The notes under the pieces: model-generated
What the model was told of the DNA's origin: nothing
The model's input: only the letters and a program-made list of their open reading frames with translations
Database searches by the model: none
Program-made: the position numbers and the translations under genes
Assembly (NCBI RefSeq): GCF_009914755.1
Contig: NC_060942.1
Source: the human T2T-CHM13v2.0 reference genome, Homo sapiens
Length of the DNA stretch: 64,000 nt
Strand: one strand, 5' to 3'
In this document: positions 1 through 11,769 of the stretch, one piece after another
Numbering within the stretch: position 1 is the first letter of the stretch
Layout of the letters: every line of letters begins with the position of its first letter

Positions 1-534
1 TGATGCCCCACATGAGTTCTTTATCTCAGAGTAATGGTGTTGGGAATGATCACTGTGCCTCCTGTGATGTGAAGGAATTTCTTGGTCATATTGGGCCAGT
101 CAGTTATCTCATTTATTTTGTTGATACCCTTTTGAGTCTTAAGTTAGATGGTTATTTGTCTTACATTACATTTAGACTGGAGAAATCTTTGTGTAATTAT
201 GACCTCATTGTCTGGATAGCCTTCTACTTAAAAAGGAAAAAAAGAGGTTAAAAAAAGCCCAAACACTTCAGAGCCAACTCTTCAACTGCACATGTGTTTT
301 GTACTTTAAAAAATCATTTTCAAATAGGGCTTATCATGGGAAAAACAGCAGGAATGAATACTCTGCAAGGACATGCCCAGCTGAGAAGCCCCGGGTCTTG
401 GGTGTCACCAAATCTGGAGATGCTCTAAGATGTAAGCTGTCTAGCAGAGGGAAAAAAAGATTCCTGTTGTTCTGCCAGGTCATATCTTCAGGTTTGAGGA
501 GGAAAGAGTCTAAATAATAAGACCACCTATAGCA

Positions 535-630
535 ACAATAGCCAATATTCTTTGCCCACGTGCTGTGCAGCAGGCTCTAGACTAAGTGCATTTACATTTG
601 CCCTTTTCCTTTCATCTTCACAATAACCCT
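535..630 (-). mobile_element. MIR SINE fragment
   Basis: ctagactaagtgcatttacat...tcatcttcacaataaccct resembles the antisense MIR core. Confidence 0.5.
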
Positions 631-634
631 CTTG

Positions 635-1100
635 GATGTTGTACTATGTTGGACACTACAAATCTTCTGGGCCCCATATTTTGCTTCAGCTGCTATTGCT
701 GCGACTTGTTCTGAGCAGGCTTCAGTCAGCTTTGTGTAGGTGCAGCCAGAGGGAGTCGCTCCTTGGACTAGGCTTTCTACCTCTCCCTTCCTGCCCTGGG
801 GCTTCTCTGATATCTGGGCTTGGGGTAGGAGCACTACCCAGAAGGGTGGGAGTTAATGCTCATGGAGCTGCTCTCGGACAATGGGGAAGAGAGTCAATGA
901 ATAAATGCTTTCCTCTTTCATTCCCCAAGCAGACTTTTCGGAGATCTATTTCATATGCACCAGTCACTGTAAGGCTGGCAACCTCGGTAACATCCTTCCC
1001 TTGTTCCCTTCCCTGTCTCTCAGACCTGCTCCTTGGGCTCACTTCCAAAACGAATTATCTGCAGACTTTATCTCAGGCTCTGTGTGGAGCTGTGGGACAG
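635..1100 (+). mobile_element. LTR16-like ERVL solo LTR
   Basis: gggagttaatg...caatggg...gaataaatgct and the 3' cacttccaaaacgaattatctgca...tctcaggctctg follow the LTR16 layout. Confidence 0.6.
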
Positions 1101-1619
1101 TGGTGGGGATGGCAGGCTAGGAAGGGATGACAGTGGCCTTCCAGAACCAAGGGGGCCTCTTTTGCTGCTGCTATTGCAGTCCCCATTGGTGACTCCCTAC
1201 TGTCCACTTCCCTACAGGGAGGACTCACAGTGGCTTTCTCACTCACAGTGGCTTTCCATCAGTGCTGTCCTTTGCCAAAACATTGCAGCAGCTAGTGTCA
1301 TCAGGGGCCCGCAGAGCTGTGGGATTTGACCCCTTAGTCAGAGACTTATTTTAAATACCCTCTTTCAACTCTCCTGTACCAGTACCAGTCCAGATGTCTG
1401 ACATCACAGCTGTCTGTATTGGGGCCTCAAATGGAAACCCCTGAATGATTATCATAAAATCATGTTCTGTTCCCCTTTGCCCTGTACCTTATTCACTGGG
1501 AACTTTGGGAGTTTTGAACAGACTCATAGATGGGGAGATTCTGAGAGGATGAACATGCAGGACCTGTGGTTTTAGCTACATGCTCCTCAAAGTGAGTCTC
1601 AGGCTTTATCTGCTCTCGG

Positions 1620-1735
1620 TTGCTTTATCATCACTATGTCATAGATAAGGAAACTGAGGCTTGGAGAAGCTATGTAAGTAATTTCTGAGTGTCAGATAGG
1701 TACTAAATGATGGAACTAGCAACCCTGGTCCTGGT
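1620..1735 (-). mobile_element. MIR fragment
   Basis: atagataaggaaactgaggcttggagaag MIR core motif. Confidence 0.7.
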
Positions 1736-2185
1736 AATAATCACTATGGAACACAGCCTTCTAAATGGCCCTCCCTTGGGGTGGGGGTGTTTTGTGAGCC
1801 CCACTTCCAGGAATGCAAGCTAAAGACATCACAGCTAAGACATCTCAGGAGGGAGTCTGGCCCTGGAGACTAGGGATCCCTACTGTGAGAACTTTGAGAA
1901 GCTCCGTATCCTCTCTGCTGGTTATGATTCTTGCCCCTTATCTGTTGCAGTGTAGAAATTAAGAGTGAAATCCTTGACATGAAAAGGGTTTGTACACTTG
2001 TCTTCGGGAGCAGGATGAAGAAGGTGATTCCTTGTGTATGGACAGGATTATAGGAGAAGACGGAGAGGAGAGTGGGTGTGGTGGCCAAGAGGCAGAGGGC
2101 AGGAAGGTGGGGAGGATGTGGGCCCATCGTGGTGCGGCTCTGGGCTTAAGCAGGAGCCCAGGCCATGGCAGGACAGTACAGTATG

Positions 2186-2352
2186 GACCCGGCTGGCTTC
2201 ATGGGCTCCAACAGTTGCACAGGGCCCCCTGCTTAGCAGGACCCTGTGTTTGGTTTTATGCTCTGCTGCCACGATCTTGAAATTCTCAATAATTTTTGAA
2301 CAAGGGAACCTGTGCTTTTAATTTGTAGCAGGCCCTGCAAATTATGTAGCGG
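2186..2352 (+). mobile_element. MER91A-like hAT-Tip100 non-autonomous DNA transposon
   Basis: ggctggcttcatggg...gcacagggcccc...tcttgaaattctcaataatttttgaacaaggg...ggccctgcaaattatgtagc matches recalled MER91A end to end. Confidence 0.8.
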
Positions 2353-2519
2353 GATTTCATAACATCTTTTTTTACCCTGCAGTGCCTGTTGATGGCCCCC
2401 TACTGGTGGCATTTCAGAAGGATGGAAAAGGACTGCTTCACTAGTGGTGGGAAGCAAAAGCAGTTCAGGATGAGAATGCGATTTCCCCAAGAAGAGAGTG
2501 TGGTAGTTTTCGTTTCTGC

Positions 2520-2523
2520 TATA

Positions 2524-2570
<47 letters not shown>

Positions 2571-2720
2571 CTAGAGACAGGGACTTGCTCTGTTGCCTAG
2601 GGTGGGGAGCAGTGGCACAATCATAGCTCAGTGTAGCCTCAAACTTTTGGGATCAAGCGATCCTCCTACCTTAGCCACTCAAAGTGCTGGGATTACAGAA
2701 GTGAGCCACTGCACTTGGCC
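2520..2720 (-). mobile_element. Alu monomer (FRAM/FAM-like or collapsed AluJ) with (TA)n + poly-T tail
   Basis: ~150 bp Alu body gagacaggg...gtgagccactgcacttggcc preceded by a long T run and (TA)n. Confidence 0.85.
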
Positions 2721-2939
2721 AATTTTGGCTAGATTTTAAAGGTCCAAATGTAGTGGTATGTCTTGGGAATAGGTTCTAATGGAGGTGGAGAGATTGCTAA
2801 ACAATACCTGGAGCTTTAGGTGGGAATAGTGGGTTTGCTGGGCTGAGGGGCAAGGAGCACTAACCCAGGGAAACCATCTCGGGGAAGGACTGATGTGGAA
2901 GCTGCACCTATTGAAGACTTACAGGAATTTCATAGCTTT

Positions 2940-3300
<361 letters not shown>

Positions 3301-4428
3301 CTGATGTCCATTTCCTTTCTGTCTTACAACACCAAGGGTGCTTTGAGCTCCAGGTAGATAGAAAGCTGCATGTATTTATCTGGGTAATTTGGGTCAATGT
3401 CTACTATTTAGAAGCAGGTGGGGCTTGAGTATGAATTAGCAGGTCTGGCACTTTATGTGATGATGGTGGCACATCTAACAATTCTTTTGTCATCTTCATG
3501 GCACCGCTTCCAATTACAACTTTGTTCCAGCTGAGCAAGAGATGTTCTAGGTGGGAACAGTTACTGGAGAGGCTCCATAAAATCCACGTGGAAGCTAGAG
3601 TGTGACTCTCAACAGATTCAACTACTTTAATTTAACCTACATGAATATTGCCTCCGGGGGGATCCTGTTTTGGGGACCAATCTATGTTATGCTGGATATT
3701 GTATTGGGGCCTTTCGGAGGTTTGTGTGTGTGTGTGCACACATGGGTCAATTTTGTTCTTTTATTATTATGTAGTCTCATAATCTGTTATTTGGATGTAG
3801 TCAAAGAAAAAATGAATGTAATAGACTTCCTGTTCTTTCAAAAGCAAATATTTTTTAGAAGCATGCTCTTCATTTTGTTCATTATTTATAATTTTCTCTG
3901 ATAGTAATAATTTAATGTAATACATGTAGATTACGAAAGAAAGTCCTCAGATGAATCGGCCTTAGTGTGTGGATGAAGGGGATGTCTTTTTGACTAATAG
4001 TTTCTTCCTGTTTAAGTGTTAAAATTTGTCTAATTTCTCAGCTAACACTGGACTAGGATTTATAGGTTATGTGAATTTCAAATAAAAACCAAGCCCACAC
4101 AAAGCAAATCAAATTGTTCCATTTCTAAGTTCTTATTTTTACTTTAAAAATTATGCAAGTAACTGTATTTATTGTTAGAATAGGAGAAGGTGTAACTTAG
4201 TAAAAAAGAAAAAATAGGAGAGAAAAATCTTAATTTCTTTCCTTTACTTTACTTTACTCTTCATATTTTGATACATAGATATTTCCTGCCAAATGTGATT
4301 ACACTATACATTCTGTTTTGGTATCTTCTTTTTAACACTTACCAATATATTATTGATATTATTTCTTGTCAACTAGTGTACAAGTTTTCTCATATTACAA
4401 TTATTATACTTATCTTAGCCCAATTCCC

Positions 4429-4890
<462 letters not shown>

Positions 4891-5535
4891 CTCTCTCTCT
4901 TTTTTCCCCAGAGAACCTTGTCTTGGGCTATTGGTAGCCTGTAGATAAATTACCCTTGGATCAAGTGACCATCCCTGTACAATAAGAGTTGGCTGAGGAA
5001 GAGGATAGACTGTGAGCAGGAAAGATCCCCTAGAAAGGCATGTAGGTATAAAAGGATCTTAAACTAAATATATGTCTATCATATATAGGATGGATTTTTT
5101 TTTCCCATTTTTCTTTAACTTTTTAATTGTGTTTAACTCTACCCTCTTTCTCTTCGTTTTTTCAGCCCCAGTAACACAAGTGTTAACTTTATTGACAGTA
5201 TCACAGGTCCCTGAGGATCTCTTTGGTCACTCTTTTTCAGTTTATTTAATTTCTGTGTTTCAGATTTGGTTATTTCTATATTTCTGTTTTCAAGTTCACT
5301 GATTCTTTCTTCTGTCATCTCCATGCTGCTGTTGAATTCATCCACAAAGTTTTTTATTTTGGTTATTGTACACTTCAGTTCTAAAGATTCCACTTGGTCT
5401 TTATATCTTTTTTTTGTTGTTGAGACTTTCTAATTTTTGCATTTGTTTCAAGTATAGGTGTAATTGCTTATTGAAGCATTTTTATGATGATTGTTTTAAA
5501 ATCTCTGATAGTTGTGTTATCTTGGTATTGGCATC

Positions 5536-5985
5536 TGTATTAGTTTCCTAGGGCTATTTCCTAGGGCAAAAAATTACAACACATTTGGCAGCTTAAAACA
5601 ACAGAAGTGTGTTCTCTCACAATTCTGGAGCCCAGAATTCTAAAATCAAGTTGTTGGCAGGGCTGTGCTCCCTCCAAAGGCTCTAGGAGAGAATCTTCCC
5701 TTGCCTCTTGCAATTTCTAGTGACTCCAGGCTTGTGGCTGCATAACTCCAGTCTCTGCCTCTGTCTTCACATGATCTTCTCCTCTGTGTTCATGTGCTCT
5801 CTCCTGTCTCTTATGAGGAATGAGGATGCTTGCCATTGGATTTTTGGCCCATCTGGGTAATCCTGGATGATCTAATCTCAAGATTCTTAATTATATCTGC
5901 AATTATATCTATTGTTCAAATAAAGTGACACTCAAAGGGTCCATGAACTTACCTCTTTTTAGGAGCCACCATTCAACTTACACCA
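5536..5985 (-). mobile_element. MLT1C-like MaLR solo LTR
   Basis: tgtattagtttcctagggct...gcttaaaacaacagaa...caccattcaacttacacca; perfect 5-bp TSD GCATC. Confidence 0.85.
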
Positions 5986-6549
5986 GCATCTGTTGATTAT
6001 CTTTTGTCTTTCAAGTAGAGATCTTCCTGGTTCTTGGTATGATAAATGCTTTTCAATGGAAACCTGGATACTTTGGATATTATGTTGTGAGGCTCTGGAT
6101 CCTATTTAAAATTTCTGTTATAGAAGGTTTTTATTTTGACACAGCTTTGGCAAGGGAAGAGGGAGCACTGTCTCATTATTGCCATGTGTGGTTCTAGCCC
6201 AGGTTCCCCTCTGGCTTTCCTTGCAACAGAGGATCCTTGTTACTGCTGGGTGGGGTGGAAGTTCAGGGTCCCCACAAGGCCTCTGCTGGTTCCACTCTGG
6301 CTTGGAAGGGCAGAGGTTCCCTGTCATTGCCCCTACATGGCTTCCAATGACACCGTGGAGGGACAACTCTTTACAGCTGGATTTGCTCTCCATTAGGTCA
6401 CCTCTGACACAACCACAGCAGGGAGGGGAAGGGAAATCTTGTTTCCATCAGGTCAAAGTGGAAGTCCAGGCTCTCCACTTAGCCTTGGCTAGCAGGGGTA
6501 AGGCCACAGTTTTTCTGTGGTGTTTGAATACAATAGAGTGGTTATTGAC

Positions 6550-7352
6550 TGTATTAGTCCATTTTCACACTACTATAAAGAACTACCTGAGACTGGGTAT
6601 ATTAGTCAGAGTTCTCTAGAGGGACAGAACTAATGGAATATATATATAAAGGAAAATTTATTAAGTGTTAACTCACATGATCACAACATCCCACAATAGA
6701 CCATCTGGAGGCTAAGGAGGAAGGAGAGCCAGTCTGAATCTCAAAACTGAAGAACTTGGAGTCCAATGTTTGAGGGCAGGAAGTGTTCCAGCACAGGAGA
6801 AAGATGTAGGCTGGGAGGCTAGGCCAATCTTTTTTCACATTTTTCTGCCTACTTATATTCTAGTCACGCTGGCAGCTGATTAGATTGTGCCCACTCAGAT
6901 TAAGGATGGGTCTGCCTTTCCCAGCCCACTGACACAAATGTTATTCTCCTTTGGCAACACCTTCACAGACACACCCAGGATCAATACTTTGTATTCCTCA
7001 ATCCAATCAAGTTGACACTCAGTATTAACCATCACATTGGGTAATTTATTTAAAAAAAAAGTTTAATTGACTCACAGTTCTGAATTGCTGGGAGGCCTCA
7101 GGAAACTTACAATCATGGCAGCAGGTGAAGGGGAAGCAAGGCTTGTCTTACATTGTGGTAGGAGAGAGACAGAGTGAAGGGGGAAGTCCCACTTTTAAAA
7201 CATCAGCTCTCGTGAGAATTCACTATCATGAGAACAGCATAAGGGAAACTGCCCCCATGATCCGATAATCTCCCACCAGGTCCCTCCCTCAATATGTAGG
7301 GATTACAATTCAAGATGAGATTTGGGTGGGGACACAGAGCCCAATCATATCA
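6550..7352 (-). mobile_element. THE1D/MSTA-like MaLR solo LTR (split by MLT2A)
   Basis: tgtattagtccattttcacac...gaactacctgagactggg / ...gatttgggtggggacacagagc...atatca; TSD TTGAC/TTGCC. Confidence 0.85.
6598..7036 (-). mobile_element. MLT2A1-like HERVL solo LTR
   Basis: attagtcagagttctctagagggacagaactaat...caatccaatcaagttgacactcagtattaaccatcaca; TSD CTGGG/TTGGG. Confidence 0.9.
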
Positions 7353-7557
7353 TTGCCTAAAAGTTTTTGTCCTGCTCGGCTGCCCATTCCACATTCTTTG
7401 GGCTAGAGAGAGCAGGCTTTTCTTGGGCTTTTCTGTCTGCACCTGATGGCATTTCTGGGTTGCTGGCTTCTCCACCATCCAGGCTGGGGTTCATGAGACA
7501 AAAAGAAAATCAAGGAGCTCACCTCAGGTCCCAAAGTCCTTAGCCCCTCTGTCTTCT

Positions 7558-7859
7558 TCTTTTTTTTTTCCTTTTTTGAGAAGGAGTCTCACTCTGTTGA
7601 CCAGCCTGGAGTGCAGTGGCGTGATCTCAGTTCACGGCAACCTCTGCCTCGCAGGTTCAAGTGATTCTCCTGTCTCAGCCTCCTGAGTAGCTGGGATTAC
7701 AGGTACCTGCCACCATGCCTGGTTAATTTTTGTATTTTTAGTAGAGATGGGGTTTTACCATGTTGGCCAGTCTGGTCTCAAACTTCTGACCTCAAGTGAT
7801 CCACACTCCTGGGCCTCCCAAAGTGCTGGGATTACAGATGTGAGCTTCCACGCATGGCC
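7558..7859 (-). mobile_element. AluS
   Basis: Full dimeric Alu with T-rich tail. Confidence 0.95.
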
Positions 7860-8049
7860 CAGCCTCCTGCCTTCTTCTCTCCACCCTTCAGGGTTTCCTC
7901 ATTTATATATATATTCCAGAGATTTTAGCTATACTAAATGGAAGGAAAGGGGAAATTGGTGTTTACATGATATAAAGAGTATTTACTTTTTTTGGAGTCA
8001 AATTTTTTTTTTTTTTTTTGCTTTCATTGTCATGCTTCCCCTCCTAAGA

Positions 8050-8530
8050 ACCACATAAATATTTATCTATTTTTAATGCTTTTGTAGTTTCATCTTTTAT
8101 ATTTGTCTTTAAGCAAGTGTTTATCACAGTCTGGCTTATAGACTGTAGTTTCTTGGTCCACCTAAGAACTACTGAATCAGAATCTCTGGGAGTCTCTCTT
8201 TTTACAAACTCTCCAGGTCATTAAATATCAACCAACATTTGAGATCCACTTCTTCATCCATTCAAAAAAATTTTTTGGTGTAAGTTGTAAGGCAGGCCTC
8301 TCACCTATTTTTTTTTCCCTAAGTGGTTAGTCAATTGCCTTAAAACCATTTATTAAATTATTCTATTTCCTTCGCTGACTTAAAATGCTACCATGATAAA
8401 ATATTAAGTTTATATATATAAATATAAATATTTGGGTCTGTTTCCAGATGTTCCATTTTGCATCATTGATCTGTCTGACCATTCTGGCGCCAGTAACTTA
8501 CTCTCTTTAATTGCTGTAACTCTAGTCTGG
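8050..8530 (-). mobile_element. L1ME-like ORF2 fragment with internal MER5-like insertion (~8112-8250)
   Basis: accatttattaaat...tgggtctgtttcc...cattgatctgtct (L1); ctactgaatcagaatctctggg...atttgagatccact (MER5). Confidence 0.6.
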
Positions 8531-8699
8531 GTAGATTTCTGAATGTTGCCCTGCACCAGCCTCTAAAAGCCTCATAAGAAACCATTTGCCAGGAGAGAAG
8601 TAGATGACTCATATGTGAAGATGCTTTGTAAATTGCAAAGCGCTCTGGCCTTTCAGCCTACCCTTGACACTAGCACTTCCTAAAACACTGATCTCATCC

Positions 8700-9240
8700 C
8701 TTCCCTTCCTGACTCTAAAGCCTTACTCAGAAGATGAAGCTCATTATCCTGGCATTCAAGGTCTTTCCTTCACCACCTGGTCCCCATATCCCCCTTTTCA
8801 AAATGACCGTCCACTTGTCTTCAATACAATCCTCTTTAATCAGGTTTGCCTGTGATCTGTTTTTCAAGACTTGCCTGACACATTTCTTGCATTCGATCTT
8901 ATTGTTTTCTCTACCATGAAGTACATTCTTTAAAATTACTTACCGTCCTCCAAGGCCAATCTCCTTCCAGAAAGCTTTTTATCTGAATTTTCCAGCTTTC
9001 CTCGTCGCATCCACTTTACACTTAGCATACATTGAGCTATGACAGCTCTCCTCTGATGCAATTACTTTTGTTATTTGTGTTTTCTGGAGTGTGTATATCA
9101 TTTCACTCAACAGTAGTGTAATATTCTTACCCACAGAGGCTTTGCCTTCTCCTTCTTTGTGTGTACCTGCATTTCCCCTAGTAAAGTGTGACACACACAG
9201 CAGACATTCACTCAATGTATGTTTACTGGCTAAATAAAGA
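8700..9240 (+). mobile_element. L2 3' fragment
   Basis: cctggcattcaaggtc...ccttccagaaagc...cactcaatgtatgtttactgg. Confidence 0.45.
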
Positions 9241-9439
9241 AAGGGTAATATTAGATCTCAATGAAAGTCTGTGATTGTTTTGTATTGCTCAAACCCAGAC
9301 AGAGGATTGGTCATCTTGCTTCATCTATTTTCAGGTACGTGTTCAGTTCAGAGAAAAATCATAGGTAAATGTTGTGTTCTGAGATAATCACTGCTTTATA
9401 CTAATCAGCTAGACAATGATCTCATGGGATACAATGGTC

Positions 9440-10155
9440 CTGTGCAGAGATGTAGAAACCCAGGAATTTCTTCTTCACATCCTTGCAAAAATCGCCCTGC
9501 AGCTCAGAATGCTCTCTATAAGACAGGATAGAGATTGTTTTAGGATGCTATTGTCTTCCCTGCCCACAGTCCCCTCAGAGGGGGAACTTACTCACAGAAA
9601 GCCCTTGTTGTCTCAGCTGCTGTTCTTTTTATCACTTGATTCAGTTTCTCCCTGGCCACAGCTGATTGGACTTAACCATAGCAGCTGATTGGACTTACCG
9701 TACCAGCACAGAGATAAGCTGAGCCAATCAGGGTCTTGCTTGGGTGAATAGAAATGAAGAAACACAAAAGAAAGCTGCCAATTGGATATGGGTATTGTAG
9801 CTGAAACGTCTTGCGAGCTGAGTCAGGGTCGGGGAAGCTGTGATGGCAATGAGAAGTCAACACACTGAGGATGGAGAGAAAGAAGATGAGTCTGGGAGAG
9901 AAAGAGAATGATTCTTCTGGCCGAGGGAAAGCAAGAATATCTGTTCCTGCAACTGCACTGATTCTAGAAACACTCTCTATTCGAACTCTCATGAGGTAAC
10001 TTCTTGTTCCTTAATTCTGGGTCTCCTCTACTCCTGTTCTTGACTCCTCATGAGATCATTTGAGCTTAGTAATAAACCCCACTTATCTTTACCAGGCTTG
10101 AGGGAATGCGTGTGTGTGGGGTCTCTGCTCCTTTCAACAAAATTATCCTCTATAA
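9440..10155 (+). mobile_element. Ancient LTR (LTR78/79- or MLT1-like; family uncertain)
   Basis: CCAAT boxes (gctgattgg, gagccaatcag), aataaacccc signal and LTR-type 3' end gtctctgctcctttcaacaa. Confidence 0.4.
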
Positions 10156-10320
10156 AATAGGTGGCACTGGGGGAATGGTTATCAGCTGGGTTTTTTTTTT
10201 TGTTTGTTTGACAGTTTGTTTTTGGTGTGGGGGTTCCTGAAGAATGTATATTTAATTGTAGTATTAGTCACCTGAGTTAGAATAGCTGGATGATGAGTGT
10301 TTTAAAAAAATACTGCTTTT

Positions 10321-10640
10321 GGCTGGGAGTGGTGGCTCATGCCTGTAATCCCAGCACTTTGGGAGGCCCAGGTGGGCGGATCACGAGGTCAGGAGATCGA
10401 GACCATCCTGGCTAACAAAGTGAAACCCCGTCTCTACTAAAAATACAAAAAATTAGCTGGGCGTGGTGGTGGGCGCCTGTAGTCCCCGCTACTCCGGAGG
10501 CTGAGGCAAGAGAATGGGGTGAACCTGGGAGGCGGAGCTTGCAGTGAGCCGAGTTCGGCGCCACTGCACTCCAGCCTGGGCGACAGGGCGAGAATCCATC
10601 TCAAAAAAAACCAAAAAACAAAACAAAACAATAAAAAACA
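10321..10640 (+). mobile_element. AluY-type element
   Basis: gatcacgaggtcaggagatcgagaccatcctggctaac and ggcggagcttgcagtgag are AluY diagnostics. Confidence 0.95.
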
Positions 10641-10911
10641 TTGCTTTCAATACACTTTTAAGCTTTTAATACTTTTTTCATGAAAATTTTCAAATATTGA
10701 GACCAGTAGAAAGAATAGTAGAATAGGTATCCATCAATCTACCACCTAGATTTAACACTTATTAACATTTTTCCCTATTTGCTCTATCTCCGTATTTCTT
10801 TTCTGTTGTTGGATTATTTTAAAGTAAACTACAGATATTGTAATATATTTCCCCTAAGTACTTCAGTATGCATCTCTAAAAGAGGTGTGTTCCTACATGA
10901 CCACAATACCG

Positions 10912-11003
10912 TTGTCACATAAAACACAATTGGCAGTATTTTCTTAATGTCATTAATAACCTAACTATTAAGAAAATAGTGCCAATTGTGTTTTATGTGA
11001 CAA
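10912..11003. repeat. Inverted repeat, 37-bp arms (36/37 match), 18-bp spacer
   Basis: ttgtcacataaaacacaattggcagtattttcttaat (10912-10948) vs attaagaaaatagtgccaattgtgttttatgtgacaa (10967-11003). Confidence 0.95.
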
Positions 11004-11311
11004 GCATAAAAAGAAGAAAAATTGGGACTCATTTAAATAGTCCCAATTTTCCTCAAAATGTCTTTTATAGATGCTTCTTTTCACACCTTGATATAAAGAT
11101 GGCACGGCATTGAATTGTTAAATTTTGTCCTTCAAGTCTCTCCTAATCTAGAAGTGTCTTCCTCTTTATTTTAAAGGAAGAAATTAGGCCAGATATTTGG
11201 CAGACTGTCCTACATCCTAGATCTGTCTGATAGTTTCCTCACAGTCCTGTTTATCTTGTTTCTCTCTTCCCAGTAATTCCTATACAATGTAAGTTACATT
11301 TCAAGCCAACT

Positions 11312-11371
11312 CTCTTCCTCAGCCACCTCTTGTAGTACAGGGATGGTCACTTGATCCAAGGGTAATTTATC
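11312..11371 (-). repeat. 60-bp inverted duplicate of 4944-5003
   Basis: Reverse complement matches gataaattacccttggatcaagtgaccatccctgtac...ggctgaggaagag at 57/60. Confidence 0.95.
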
Positions 11372-11769
11372 CACTACATTTTTGGTGATAATAGCTCAGA
11401 GGTGGTTATGCTGTGTATTTCATATTGCATCACAGCAGGAGGCACTTAATGTCTGGATGACTGTCCCACTATTTGTGATACTGTGTTGGTTACTCTGTTC
11501 AAGGTGATGACTGCCAGATCCCTCTATTGTAAAGGAAGGCATCTCCTTTTGTGATAAGAAAATAAGCTATGGGTGATACTATTGAGTTTTCCATTAACCT
11601 TTCACCTAATGATTTTAGTATCTACTATTGATTCTTTCTGGAATGGATGAACTTTGTCACTAACTAATATTTTCTGACAATAGGATAGGCTACAGGGAGA
11701 CTGAGAAGCGGAGGCATGAAATCTTCTTTGTTGGAGATTGTTATGCATGTTACTATTATTATGGATATA

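Larger units (their letters stand above)
5130..7975 (-). mobile_element. Ancient L1M 5' end (5'UTR + ORF1 coiled coil), fragmented by nested insertions
   Basis: Minus ORF 5139..5393 (ELKCTITKIKNFVDEFNSSMEMTEERISELE) is L1 ORF1p-like; the sequence continues across the insertions with intact TSDs. Confidence 0.75.
10672..11650 (-). mobile_element. L1MC4/5-like 3' end
   Basis: accacctagatttaacacttattaacattt...cccctaagtacttcagtatgcatctctaa...tttgtgataagaaaataa. Confidence 0.75.

Noticed and set aside
636-1130. 164-aa ORF
   Set aside because: Lies in an LTR16-like element, starts at a non-ATG codon and has no recognisable domain.
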